A stretch of DNA of 64,000 nucleotides from Vicugna vicugna (taxonomy: Eukaryota). This document shows positions 37,259 through 50,508 of this stretch, in pieces; within the stretch, counting starts at the first letter, position 1; each line of letters begins with the position of its first letter. The notes beneath the pieces were generated by a model. That model saw nothing but the letters and a program-made list of their open reading frames with translations, did not search any database and had not been told where the DNA came from. Both the position numbers and the translations under genes were made by a program. The DNA lies in NCBI GenBank assembly GCA_013265495.1, contig MU058636.1, positions 1,178,001 through 1,242,000 on the forward strand, written 5' to 3'.

Positions 37259-37882
37259 TCTCAATTCTACTTTCTGAGAAATCAGAAGGGGAACAGCTGA
37301 TGGACTCAGGAGGGGTGACCAGGTGGGCGGTGAGGGAGGGAAGCCCAGGCCCAGCCACCCCAAGGGGCCAGCAGCCCCTCCAGCCCCGGCACATGCTGAG
37401 TGAGGCCAGCAGAGCCCTCTCCAGGAAGGACCCACATGGGCCGCCCCTCCGCGGCCCTACAGCCCAGTGCTGCGCCCTCGGTTTCTGAGGGTAACCTTCC
37501 ACAGAGATCTCCTCCTCCGCCACCAAGTCATAATTTAAATTGTTTTCAAGGAAAAAGAGCTCAGTGCTTAAAAGCCCAAAGACAGCCATAAAGCCAAGCA
37601 AGAGAGCAGTCTGGAGGAAAAGTGGTTTACTCCACCATGGTTTTCACCTTCCAAACTGCTAAATAAACAGAGCACACACAGCCCAGAGGGGTTTTACAGT
37701 GCCTCCTGTGTGCACTTCCTGAAGACGTTTCTCTGCACATCGCAGCCTCCGTAATTTAGCTAAAGCTGCAGAGGGGGAAGGCAGCTGGGCCATCTGTCCC
37801 CATGTACCTGGGAGACTTGTGGCCGTGTGACCTGTGCTCCCAGGAGTCACAGCCCTTCGGGGCCTGTGCCGGGACTCTGGGG

Positions 37883-37894
37883 CCAGCAGGTGGC
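37883..37894 (+). promoter_or_regulatory. CTCF core-like motif
   Basis: CCAGCAGGTGGC. Confidence 0.3.
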
Positions 37895-38792
37895 CATGTC
37901 ACAGCAGCTCCCGCCCTCGTTCCCAGAATTCAGAGTGCACTATTTCTGTTTCAGATCTGTTGGTCCTCATGAAACCTATTTAATCCCATCCTTCAATCTA
38001 ATGACTGGCATTTCATGTCAGTCTCTTTGGTCAACAGCCATTTTAAAGGAGTTCAGTGATTCTGGTCAAATCTGACACATCACTGGGCAATGCCAGGCTA
38101 TGCCTTGGACTCAAAGGTGGTTCCCTCCACCATCTGGAACAAAATGCTGAAACTCAAAAGCGTCCACGTACTCAAATCTTCTACACTGCTTGAAGGTCTG
38201 CTGTGGAAACTGGTTTTCAGAAAGTCCCCCAAAGCATCAGAAATCCCATCAGGAAACGGTCCAGGGCTGGTGGTACAAAGGAAGCGGGCAGACGGGGTTT
38301 ATCCCTCCAACACAGGCCTGCCGGCTGGAAGTGGCTGGAGGTGGTCTGTGATGAACGTGCCCAGGCTCTGTGCCTGGTGTTGGGTGGGAAGGGCAATGGG
38401 GGGGGGGTTAGATGAATCCTTTGGGGGGGGATGAAGAGAAAAGGATGCTGACTGTCTGCAGAGCCTAATCAGTCTTATAAATTAATGGCATAAAAAAAGG
38501 TACGGTTCCCGAAGGTCTTGTCCATAGCCTACATTTAAAGCCCTACTTGAAGGGAGGCTCTCCCCTTTATGACCAAAGTAAGGAGGCTTCCCCGCCTCAC
38601 TGACCCCCACACAGCAAGTCTACTGCCAGGGGTTAAAGGTGTAGAGGCGGAGCATTGAAACAAAATGAAAGGACTCTACAGGGACTCTACACCTCTATTC
38701 CACAGAACACAAGTGTCAAAAAATGGACATTTTCTTATCAAGCCCTAATTTCTACATATAGAATTCTCCTGCAGTTGAGTTCAGTGATTTTC

Positions 38793-38945
38793 TTTTTTAT
38801 AAGTTTTAATTTTTTTGTTTTGTTTTTTACGTTTTTTAATGGGGCTAGGTAATTAGATTTATTTACTTAATGGAGGTACCGGGAATTGAACTCAGGACTT
38901 CATGCACGCTAGGCATGCGCTCTTCCGCTGAGCTATACCCTCCTC
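38793..38945 (-). mobile_element. Vic-1-like SINE
   Basis: Reverse tRNA-Ala head. Perfect 16-bp TSD gagttcagtgattttc (38777-38792, 38946-38961). Confidence 0.95.
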
Positions 38946-40147
38946 GAGTTCAGTGATTTTCAAAGTTACGTGTTTATAAGAATTATCCTGCAGAACTGTG
39001 TACCAAAACCATTGCATGGTGTTTTGTGGGGGATTTAAGGGAATTTCAAAGGTAATTCTGGTTGGACATGATTTTTGCCCTTCACACACTGATGTTAGAA
39101 CGGAACCCGGGTGTCGATGCCCCCACGTACACTCGAGAAATTGATGTGTGTGAATGAATGCCCTGCCCGCTCAGCTCTCCGGACACACATCCCCCCAGAT
39201 CCCGACTATCTGTCTTGTGTTTTCTTCTACTTCTGTCGTCAAATAGAGAGAAGGAAAAAGCAAAGAAAACAGCAGGACACCAATAGGATTCTCGTGCCCT
39301 TAGATTAGGGGATTTTGTTTTCCCTCTCTACCTTGCATAAAAATTTTCAGGTCAAAAAAAAAAATCACTCTACAATAAAAAGAAAAAAGAAAGCAAGGAA
39401 ACCCAGCACGCGAGGCTTGTCCCGGGCGCCGCTCAGTCTGAGGCCAGCTGGCGTTCATCTCTGCCATCCCCTGGCAGTTTGAAGCATGACAGCACACTGA
39501 TAACCAGCAGCAAGTAAGCACCACGGCCAGCCGTCCAGAACGTCACCCCGAAGCACCAACAAAAAGCTCATAACTTCCGTGCCCACACTGCTCCGCAGCC
39601 GGTGCACTCAGGAAGGGAAGCTGATGTCACACGTCCTGGGGTCACAAATGACCACTGGCTCTGCACCCTCCTCCCTGACCTGGGTTCATGGCCCTCAGGA
39701 CAGCCCAGCTCCAGAGGCTTCCACACCTGGAAGGTGGGGCTCAGGGAACTGGAAATTCCCCAGTTTTCTCAAAGCCAAGCTCTACAAACGTTAAGTCGGA
39801 TGCTGAGCTGCAAGTGTCTCGAAGGGTCTCGGGCCTGGGTGCTTGCTAGGAAGTAGGGTCCCTCTGGAGAGCCTGGCCACAGTCCGGGCAGAAAATCCCC
39901 CAGACTTGGCAGGCAAGCACCCACAGCTAGATCATCCTCTCTGGGGCAGACATTGTGGCCAACTTAAAAAGGGGAAATTTTTAAAATGAAGGAACTCGAA
40001 CAAGACCCCTTGACAACTCCTCCCTCCCCCCTCCCCCAGCACAACGCCCTACCCTGGCCCGGCACTTCCGCACGTGGGTCTCCCCAGACCCTGCTGCTGC
40101 TGCTCTTCTCCCGAGATGCCAGCGGACGGCCAGTAAGGATGCTTCTG

Positions 40148-40301
40148 TTTGTTTGGTTTTTTCCAATTTTTGTGTATTCGTTTTAGAAGGAGGTAATAAA
40201 GTTTATTGATTATTTTATTTTTTTAACGGAAGTACTGGGGACTGAACCCAGGGCCTCATGCATGCTAAGCACAAGCCCTACCACTGAGCTCTCCCCTCCC
40301 C
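40148..40301 (-). mobile_element. Vic-1-like SINE
   Basis: ggaagtactggggactgaacccagggcctcatgcatgctaagc..accactgagctctcccctcccc. Confidence 0.92.
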
Positions 40302-40344
40302 TAGGGTCTTCCTGGTGACCATCATAACTAATTGTTTCCTCTTT

Positions 40345-40600
40345 CTCTTTGGTAGAATATACAGATGGAAAAACGCATGAATTCTAAGAGAACTTTTACA
40401 TGTGTACACTCCTGTGCAGCCATCAGCCAGATGAAGACACAGAGCACTTTCAGTCCCCGGGGGCCCTGTGCCCCTCCCTGTGCCCAGTCCACCCACCCCG
40501 CCGCACGCTTCCCCCACCGCCAGAAGGAAGCACTACTCCGACTCCGGTCACCGTAGATTGGTGCTGTCTGCTTTTGGTCTCTGGGTAAACAGGGTCACAC
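40345..40600 (-). mobile_element. Old L1M 3' end
   Basis: ttttacatgtgtacactcctgtgcagccatcagccagatgaagacacagagcac resembles a reverse L1ME/L1MB terminus. Confidence 0.6.
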
Positions 40601-41589
40601 ACCAGGGACCCCCTCATCAGTGACACCCCCCCTTACTGGGGTGTGAGGCTGCGACTGATTCTATTCATCCCTGACTTTTTTTTTTTTAATGAATGAGGGT
40701 TGGTCCTTGTATCAACTGCCCCCACTCCTCTCCCTTCCCCATCCTCCCTCCTTCTCTATTCAAATCACTCAGTAAACTTGTCCTCACCAAGTGATTTGTC
40801 AAAGATGGGAACACTGGTTACTATAGAGAAAAAAATGCAAATGCAGCCCCTCCCTGCACACTGGCTCCCACTTCCCTCAGCCTCCAAGGCTCCGGTGGCG
40901 GATCATTCATAAGTCTGAGCTTAGCCACAGTTCCAGGAACATGAGACGCCGAAGAGGTTCCCGGAAGCCCCTTTGGAAATGCCTTCCCTGCGTCTAACAG
41001 CTGGAGAGGAGCCAACCCTGTCCTGGGTCTGCAGGAAGGGCCGCATTCAGTTCTGAGCCCTGGAACACTGTGCCCCGCTCTGGAGGGTGGCAACCAGCAG
41101 GGAGAAAGGTCCCAGCTTGATGGGAAACGGGTTGGAAAGTAAACAAGAGGCAACAAAGAGCAAAAAAGGAGAGGAAACGGGAAAAGATGCCCCTGTGGCC
41201 ACTGCAAAGAAAGGTCAATGACCAGTCAGCAGGAGAATGCAAGAGACGGCGAGACTCTCTAGTTCCCAGGATCTCAGGGAGGGAACAACCAGGCGTGAGA
41301 GCGGGTGGGAGTGGGGAGACTGGATTTTTAAATTAAAAACAATGCTGGGGACAGGATACGTGCAAGTCAGGATGCAAAAAGGTGACAAACACGTAACTGC
41401 AAGGTTGACCACCAGGTGTCAGGCTAAGACAGCCTATTCTGCGTGAAGCAAACCTGCCGTCTCAAAGCCCACAGACGTGCCACAGCTCAACTAGCACTTC
41501 CCGCAGAGCACGGCCCCCCAGCAACCGCCCGCCTTTCTCCCACAGTCAGTGGCCCCCCAAGGGCGGGGCAGCCCTGCCATCCACGTGCC

Positions 41590-41672
41590 AACCACAGGAC
41601 CCAGAACACAGCCGGACACGAAGTCGGTGCTCGACAAATACTGGCTGAATAACATTTCATTACTGAATGAAT
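41590..41672 (+). mobile_element. L2 3' terminus
   Basis: ggtgctcgacaaatactggctgaat..tgaatgaat. Confidence 0.55.
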
Positions 41673-42797
41673 ATGTGGACGCCTTTTTAGAACCATCAGA
41701 AGCTGGACTCTCTACACCATGACAAGAATCATAGTTCAAAATCACTGAAATACCTGTTTTTAGCAACAAAATGACAAGAGTTTCTCTGCTAAGGCCACTT
41801 GTTATCTGTGTTCAATTCAGATAGAGGAATCTGCGAGTCTCCACCAAATGCAAGTGCTCCGTCCGCCCTGAGCTGTGGGCGCGGGGGTGGGGGGTGCTGG
41901 CTTGCTCGGCCTGCGCGCAGCGTCTGTACAGAACACCGGCATTCACACAGAGGCTCGAGTCAGGGAGAGGTCAGCCTCCAAGTGTCCACAGAGCTGGGTG
42001 GTCAAACTGAAGGGTCACTACCTTAGTTTCTGTGTTCAGGTGAATATACTTCAATATACAGCCTCGTGTATTGATTTTTTTTTCAGTGTTCAACAAAATC
42101 TTCAAGCCCTCATGTTTTCAGAACAGGCGAGATGGGCTGATCTCAGAATGCCGGCTGGAGCGTGGGTAGCGATGGTGCCAGCCCAGGAGGCCAAGTCACC
42201 AGGTGGTGCTGATTCAATCGCTAAGTCACTGAGACAGGAGACAGGAAAGGGCGGGGGGCCGCCTGCTTCACAGCAACACAAGGTTTCCTTCTCCCAGGGG
42301 CTCTGCCTTCCGGTCAGGAGCCCAAGTAAGAAGGCGGGTGCAGATGCCAGCGTCCCTCTGCTCAGGCCGGCCCCAGTGAACTTTCTGAAAGCAACAACCA
42401 GTAAGAAATCTACCTGTGCCCAGAGACACGTCTGGTTGTCCTTGACAGACAAGGCAGCCTTCCTCCAGCAGAACACGTGTCCTCCAATCACCCAGGTTGT
42501 CCCAAGGCGTGGACAAGCCCTTCAGGGCCAGAGCTGCCCAATGCAGGCCCCATGAGGGACTCCCTCCCTCACCAGTGCTGGCACCACCAGAGGTCCCAAC
42601 ATTCAGGATGGAGGGGCAAAGAACTCAGAGACGAACGTGTTCTGAAGAACTATATACTTGGGCAGAGCTTCTGGATAGGTTGTTTGTCCCTCAGCAGGGA
42701 CACCCTTTCCCAGCAGACAGGGCTCTGCCAACCAGATGTCTGTGTATGGTGGGGGTGCGGGCAGGGAACAGGAAGGTGGGAGTTCAAAGCCCACCCA

Positions 42798-43520
42798 AGG
42801 GACCCTCCTGCACTGTGGGTGGGAATGTAAACTGGCACAGCCACTATGGAGAACAATATGGAGGTTTCTTAAATAACTAAAAACAGAGCTACATTGTGAT
42901 AAAGCAATCCCCCTCCTGGGCATATATCCAGAAAAGACAAAAACTCTAATTTGAAAAAATACATGCACCTCAGTGTTCATAGCAGCACTATTTACACTAG
43001 CCAAGACATGGAAACAACCTAAGTGTCCATCAACAGATGACTGGATAATGAAGATGTGGTACATTTATACAATGGAATACTACTCAGCCATAAAAAAGAA
43101 TGAAATAATGCCATTTGCAGCAACATGGATGGTCCTAGAGATTATCACACTGAGTGAAGTAGGTCAGACAGAGAAAGATTAATATTATATGATGTCACCT
43201 ATATGTGGAATCTAAAAAATAATACAAATGAACTTATTTACAAAACAGAAAGAGACTCACAGACAGAAAACAAACTTATGGTTACCTAAGGGGAAGGGGA
43301 GGAGGGACAAATTAGGAGTTGGGGATTTGCAGATACAAACTACATATATAAAATAGATAAACAACAAGGTCCTACTGTATAGCATAGGGAACTATATTCA
43401 ATACCTTGTAAGAGCCTATAATGGAAAAGAACATATGTATAATGTATGTGTAACTGAATCACTTTGCTATACACCTGAAACTAACACAACATTATAAATC
43501 AACTAAACTTCAATTAAAAG
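42798..43520 (+). mobile_element. 5'-truncated artiodactyl/camelid L1
   Basis: ORF 42973-43182 reads [50 protein letters not shown] aaagcccaccca / aaaacccaccca. Confidence 0.96.
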
Positions 43521-44054
43521 AAAACCCACCCAGGAGCTTTCTATCCAAAACTGCCTTCAAGCTAATGGTTTTCAAAAGAAAATACTGCTTGACAGTCTTC
43601 CTTCTTTCTAAATTCTATATCCAACCAAGACCCACACCAGCACATGGAATATTATACAGCAGAATGGGGCCTCCTCCAGGAGCTGAAGAGGCAGGGCTGA
43701 CCCGCATAGTCTGAGTACGCCAGGGCCTCTGTCCCAGAGGCTTCACCAAGGCGGGCTTCTCCTTGGGCACCCTCCTGACCACGCTCTCCCGAAGGCCTGT
43801 CTAGCTGCCAACCTCGGGCCCCTGCCCAGTCTGTAACTGCATTTCATGTAGACCAGTGGGCAACATCTGTCCACCTGCTCCCACCCTGCACCTCAACCAC
43901 CTGGGACAGCACCCTGGAAAGGCAGGTGGACATGGTGGACTTTGGTGCCAAATGGACCAGGGAACGAATTCCGGTGCCACCATTTGCTAGCTTTGGGCAT
44001 ATCATGAAACTCCCCTGAGTGTCCATTTTAGCATCTGTAGAATGGGTATAACCC

Positions 44055-44340
44055 CTCAATCATGGACCCTCAGTTCAACAGAACCCACTTGAAATGGCTC
44101 AACCAAAAGCAAATAAACACATAAAAGGTAAGGGACTGAAGGGATTCTGGGCTGTCTCACAGAATCCAGGAGGGAGGGGAAGGAGAGGAGGGGCGCCTGC
44201 AGCACCGCCTCGGCAAGGCGGGGCAGATCCGGGGGAGCACCAGGCACGGCCGCCGTGGTGCGGACCACAGGGAAGTGCCAGTCAGTGCTAGCTGCTGTTA
44301 TTAACACACTACCTGCACTCCAGCCCAGGGACTGGACCTG
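44055..44340 (-). mobile_element. MaLR LTR (MLT1K-like)
   Basis: aacagaacccacttgaaatggctcaacc...ctgaagggattctgggctgtctcacagaatcc. Confidence 0.55.
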
Positions 44341-47259
44341 GACAGCAAGGGCGTTACACAGAGTCCCCAGCGTTCGTGAACTTTGTCTGTTCTGTTAGCA
44401 ATCTCAATGCTTCTCATCAGACAGTGCAATTTTCCAGGCGTAGTAAGGGATTTGTCATTTGTTTAATTTTTCCAATCAGAGCCTAATTTCTCCCTCATTT
44501 GGTCTGCGGCAGGGACAGAAGGCAGCAGGGCTCAGCTGCAGAGAGGAGCCTGCGGGGGCACAGGGGACTCCCAGCTCCGCCCACTCCCTCCCCACTGGCC
44601 ACAGAGGGGAAGCCACCATGGTCCTGAGGTCAGCTCAGAGGCAGGGGTGACTCTGGGGTGGAGCCTGGTTCCCCCCTCCGTGTCTGCCATTCCTGTGCCT
44701 TCCCTGGGGCCCCGAGAGCTCACTCTCTGCAGGTGGGGGTTGCCTCCTAGGGTTCCGAAGGTTGGCTTTTTGAAGACTTAATAGAATGTGTTCTTATTTT
44801 GCTCCTATATAATAAATAATTGTCTTATCTAACCTCCCCCCCTTTCTTATATACTGCCACCATTCTTGGAAATGGATTTTTCCAAAAAAATTAAATAGGC
44901 ATTCTTGAAGCATAGCCCTCCAACTTTGTTCTTTTTCAAGATTGTTTTGGCCGTAAAGTGTCTTCAGCCTTAATTTTGCCACTTGTAAGATGGGAAGGAC
45001 ACTTACATCTGCCTCACTGGATCCTGTGTGTGTGTGAGCGCGCGTGTGTGTGCATGTGTGTACCAGATGAGGTAAAGCACTTTGCACTTTGCATAGACTA
45101 TAGTAAGTTGCATATTAAATTTTTCCACTAATATAAAATGATATGAAGATTCCTTTAATGAGTTACTGCTTCTTCCAAATGAACCACGGCACTGCGTCCT
45201 TCCTATGCAGCCCACATCTTCAGGAGACACAGTCAGTGTCCCCCTGTGTTATCGGCCGTGTCTCCGCATAAACAGCTCACGACGGAGCAGCCGAGCCAGC
45301 ATACAGACCGCAGCCCCGCCACGTGCCGGCTGCGGGGCCTGAGGACGAGACACTCAATCTCCACGTGCTTTGGTTTTTTAATACTTGAAACGGACATAAC
45401 AACATCTATCTCGGAGTCTCTTGGGGAGGGGGGTAAGCGTAAATAACGTGTGTGACACCCACCCCAGCTCCATCCACAGCACAGAACAAGCAGAGCAAAT
45501 GCTCTATTCCTCCCTCCCGTGCCTCCTGCTCCCCTTTCACTCCAGCTCTAGACAGCTCGTTTCCTCGCTTTCCTGCTTTTCCTATGAAAACGATACGTGG
45601 TCTCTGACACCAGAGAATTAACTATCTCTTTAAAGAAACAAGAGACCAAGACAGGGGCCATCAATGCCAGACCTCAGCCTCAAGTTAGCAGACAGTCCCT
45701 GAGAGCTTGAGATACTGAACCTCGTCTAAAGGTCGCCACACCTGGCTGGTGCCCCAGCGCCGGGAGCTCCACCCAGGAAGTGGTTCGTGTGTTTCTGCAT
45801 TTGCTTATTCATCGGGAAGCACTTACTGAAGGTCTACCACCAAGGCTTGTGCCCACCCAAACTCCCGGGCTCATGGTAAGATGGATAAATACCAAAATGC
45901 ATGCAGAGCCAACAGCCTCAATCTGTTTCAGTTTCTTGAGCTTCTTTCAGAAAGAACATTAGAAATTGGAAAAAAAATTATAACTGAATTAAGCCCAAGT
46001 CTGAGCAGCATGTGTCAGGCACTCTCCTGGTGTGTTGGACCCCAGCCCGTGCTGCAGATTGACTGGCAAAGCACTAAACTCTTCCTCCCACAGGGCTGGC
46101 GCAAGGGGCCAGCAGACGGCTTCCTGCTCCCTGCTGCCCTGACATGAGAGGAAAATACCACCGATCATGGTTCAAAGTCAAGGTTCAAGGTCAAAGTCCT
46201 GCTTTGTGTCTTGTCATCTGCTCCACCTAAGTCTTCAGCTCCAAAATAAAGTGCGATTGCTCTTCCTGGAAACACATCTCCTGATTCTGACATGAAAGGA
46301 CATGTTTGGTGCCTTGCTTAGTTTCAAAGGTGAAGCCAATAAGCGGGGTGATGCACGCACCACACGCAAGAACAGTGCTCCCCTAACAGGGCCCCTTCCC
46401 CTAACTGCTGGCTGTGAAATTGTGTACTACGCCTTGAAAGGAAGTGAACAGAACTGCTCTGTTCAATTAATGAGAAACTGCTATGTATGAGGTAATTAGT
46501 AGATTATCTTATATAATATTCCGTAATACAAGACAATGAAATCATTTCTCAAAATAACTTCAAATTGCAGGTTCCCTCTCCACGGAAACTTGTTTGCCTG
46601 CTTCTGGAAGCTGATGTCCTTGTGTACCTGCAGTGTGGAAGGATTCACCGTCCCCTGGGAATGTGACATTAGGTCCTCCCTGCAAAGCCTTTACTCAGAG
46701 AGGCGGCTGGAAACAGATCAGGGACGAGTTCATTCTGAAAAATCAGTCTTGGAACACTTATTAAAATCGGAGCTTCATGTTACTCCAAATTTGAGGGAAT
46801 TTCGGCTTTTCCTTTTCGGCTATTTACAGACGCTCCAGTAACCTCTAATTTTCATCAGCTACCTCAAAATATAATTCTGATGCTTCAGATTGTTGATGTA
46901 TCTATACAGTTAAAGATACAATTCTTTACTCACCCAACAGAAAAAAAACGGTGTCTATAAATCATTCAGAAATTTTGAGGACATGTGAAGACTATGGGTT
47001 CACAACAAAATGTGGAGACAGAAATTCTCTAAGTTGTTAATAAAACACCTGGACGTGCAGATACACACACAGCCCACACCCCATGCCATCACCACACTAC
47101 TTAAAGGATATTTACTCTGTATTCTCAGCCGTATCACACAGTTTCACACGCTCCATCACAGCTCTGAATGGTGGCGAAATAACTCCACTAGTCTTTGGAA
47201 GCTTTGGAGAACTCTTTATAGCAGATTGCAATTTCCTCGTCTGAAAATTATCTATTTCA

Positions 47260-47600
47260 CCTTATCAGGGAGGCTGACTCCCTCCGAAGTAACAGAATAC
47301 CTACCTGAAAGTGGCTTAAACAACAGAAGTTTATTAATAAATCTCCCATCACAAACCACCCACGGGAGGCTTGGTTCAGAGCCTGGATGATTTCAGGGCT
47401 GTGGCCAAACTGTCAATGATGTTCTCCATGGTACCTTCTTGGTCACAGCCTGCTACGGCCTCTGAGCCGCAGGAAGGAAAGAGGGAGGGGCTCCCCCCTG
47501 CAAGGCTCTCTCCTGTGTTTTCCCCAGAGCCTCAGAATTTGCCTCACCATCCGCCCAGGGGCACGTGTCCACCCCGCAGCCGTCAGGGAAGCTGGGAACA
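47260..47600 (-). mobile_element. MaLR LTR (MLT1J/L-like)
   Basis: gaagtaacagaatacc..agtggcttaaacaacagaagtttatt. Confidence 0.6.
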
Positions 47601-48939
47601 CGCCTTCCCAGTGTTTCTCTGCCTGTGTGGGGGGTGGGCTTCCCCAGCAGGGAATAGGTGTTCCCACATCCTGGGCAGTCTTGTGCTTTTCCTTACTCAT
47701 CTCCATGAGCTGATAGATGTTAACCCTTCATCGGTCACTGTGTGACCAGCACTGCTGAGTTTCACTGTCTGCCTTTTCACTTTGTTAGTGGGAATTTTTG
47801 TCTTTTCTGTTCTTAAGGTATTAAATGGACTCGGTGATTCCTTCAGCGGCTGAAATGAGTTCATGTGCCTGCCTTCTCCGCTCAGGAGGTACTGAGAAGG
47901 ACCCACTTCAGCTGACCAGGGTGCGGGTCTGCAGCACGCCGTGCGGGGTGGCACCTGCGGTGGGCAGTGTGGACCCTGCCTGGCGCGGTGTGACTTCTCA
48001 GGGACGGTGACCGCTCTTCAGGTTTTCATGGGGCTGAACTCATCCAAGCCCAGAGACCTACGCTTAGCTCTTGAGACACCACGTGGGGAAGGAGAGAGGT
48101 GCTGAAAATGGCTGGGCGCCCTTCCAAGAAGGACACGAGAGTAGTAAAGAAGACAGCACGTCTGCTTGCCTTTCTGGAGCCTTCCCTGGACCCACGATCC
48201 TCGGGCATCTGCTCCACCTCCAGCTGCTCCGGCCTTGATGGCGACGGCACAGATCCTCCAGACACCTGGGCCCCTCACTCGTCCGGCGAGCCCACGGGAA
48301 GGAGGGTCCGCCCTCCGCCTGCAGTCAGACCAGTCAGCACATCCGCACACCCGCACATGGGCCAGGCGGGCCCAGCTGGAGGGGCCGCTCCCTCAGGAGC
48401 TGACTTCCCCGAGCACACCCGGGCACGTGCGCACGGGCACCACAGCACCCCTCCTTCCCGCAGGGTCCCTGGGCTCCGCCCACCCTGGGAGTCCTGCTCC
48501 CAGCAAGGGCCCCAGGCTTCCCCAAGATCGAGGCCAGGCTGCTTGTGCTGGGAGCCCTGGTGCCCAGAAACGGAGGGCACTGCATCTAGCAAGGCAGCAA
48601 CACCACGTTCCTAATCGTGTCTTAGTAAGAAAACGCTGTGAAACACGCCAGTGCTCAGTGTGACTGGTAGGCGGCGTGGCCCCTGCCCTTGTGAGGTCTT
48701 GTCACCGCTCATCCTGTGTTTAAAGTGACAGCCAGAGTCCGAGTGGCTGGCTGGGTGGCACACACAGATGGCCCCGGCTCCGGGGAGGACAGCAGTGCTT
48801 CCAGCTCCAGCACCTATCTATGCGGTGTCCCCTTTGGCAAGACATCTCTTCCTCAGCTGTCGCTGCTGTGTGACATCTGTGCCGGGGAAGGAGGGGCGGA
48901 GGGGAGGGCAGGCTCCAGCAGCTGCTTCTGCTCTGTGTG

Positions 48940-48954
48940 CCCTCCAGAGGGCGC
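48940..48954 (+). promoter_or_regulatory. CTCF-like motif
   Basis: CCCTCCAGAGGGCGC. Confidence 0.4.
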
Positions 48955-49528
48955 GGCTGGGGTGGGAGGGGGAGTCAGTGCCGGGCCCACAGGCCTCCTG
49001 ATTCCTGACCCAAGCCGGCTCCCGCCCTCTCAGTGCCCAGGACTCCAGAGGGGGGGGCTGCAGCACAGAGCAGGCTGGCAAAGCGCTCATTCAGCCTCTC
49101 AGAAACACTCTTTCAGCTGCTGGTTTGTGCCAGACAGTGGGGGAGTGTGGAGGACACGCAGAGTGAAACAGATTTCCCTCAAGGCGCCCGGGTGCTAGCT
49201 CAAGAGTCAAGTAAGGGAACACGGGCACCGTTACAGGAGGTGCTCTGCATTCCACCTGGGGGCAGTCCAGTGGGCTTTCTGGAGGAGGTGACGCCTTAGC
49301 TGAGTCTCAAAGGAGGTAAGTCAGCCACGTGAACAAGCAGGAACCAGGGACAGGGACCAGACTGTTGCAAGGAATAAGCAAGAGAGAAGGGGCCCTGAAT
49401 GGTCAGAAAACCACATAAGCCAAACACTCACAAACTTCTGTCTGTAGATCCAAATAAGGTCATATCCGTTATTATCAGGATGTGCTCGGGTGCAAGGAAA
49501 ATGACACCCAGCTACGAGTCACTCAAGC

Positions 49529-49733
49529 CAGGGCTTTCCAAACTCCTGTGTGCCTGCAGATCACCTTATTAAAACGAAGACGCTGACTTTTAAATGATTA
49601 AATGGTTCAAGTGAGAAGAGCTGGGGTCTGCACAAGCTGGTTAGAAATGTAGGCCGTAACTGACAATATAATGGGCCGATACGATGGATGACGCAATCAG
49701 TGTGAACTGAGGACCACACTTCTGGTAGCAAGG
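49529..49733. mobile_element. hAT-Charlie MER5-family DNA transposon
   Basis: Termini cagggctttccaaact... and ...ggaccacacttctggtagcaagg. Confidence 0.6.
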
Positions 49734-49969
49734 GTTAAACTTCCAGGAGATGCCTGGACCAGGCTGTTCCACAGTGGGTCTGGTGGCTCAGCAGTGTCGC
49801 CAAGGGTCAGGCCGCCTTTCTGTCCTGCCGTCCCAGCACAGCTCTCCTGTGCTCTCACAACCAAAGAAGACCGTTACAGCACCAGCCCTCCATCCCCCAC
49901 AACAGAATCAAAGCCAAGAGCAAAGGGTCTTCCCACCGGGCTCTTTTTCTTCATCAGGCAGAACAATCT

Positions 49970-49977
49970 CCCCCAGA

Positions 49978-50030
<53 letters not shown>

Positions 50031-50508
50031 CACACATACATATCGAGAGATTCGTTATAGGGAACTGGCTCATGCAATCACAGCGGCTGAGATGTGCCAA
50101 GATCCACAAGGTGAGTCGTCAAGCTGGAGACCCAGGGGAGCTGATGGTATGATCCCCGTCCAAGCCTGGAGGACTGAGAACCAGGGCAGTCAGTGATGTC
50201 AGTTCCGGTGGGAAGGCCAGCAGGCTCAAAGCCCAGGAAGAGCTGATGCTTCAGTTTGAGTCTGAAGACGGTAAAGATCCAATGTCCCAGTTTAAAGGTT
50301 ATCAGTCAGCCTTTCTGTTCTAATCCAGACCTTCAACTGTTTGGATGTGGCCCACCTGCATGAGGGAAGGCAGTGTGCTTTACTCGGTCCACTGACTTAA
50401 ATGTTAATCTCATCCAAAACCACCCTCACAGAAACACCCAGAATAATACTTGACCAAACATCTGGGCACCCCAGGCCCCAGCTAAGTTGACACATAAAAT
50501 CAACTACT
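49970..50508 (-). mobile_element. ERVL LTR, MLT2B-like
   Basis: aagctggagacccagg, aatgttaatctcatccaaaaccaccctcacagaaacacccagaataat, aagttgacacataaaatcaac. Confidence 0.88.
49979..50026. repeat. Compound microsatellite (TA)9(CA)15
   Basis: Directly visible. Confidence 0.97.

Noticed and set aside
38049..38061. Third copy of the SINE TSD core gagttcagtgatt
   Set aside because: A 13-bp match with no associated insertion. Chance level.
48018..48663. Possible coding exon
   Set aside because: The frames examined resemble no protein I know, and there is no convincing acceptor-donor pair.
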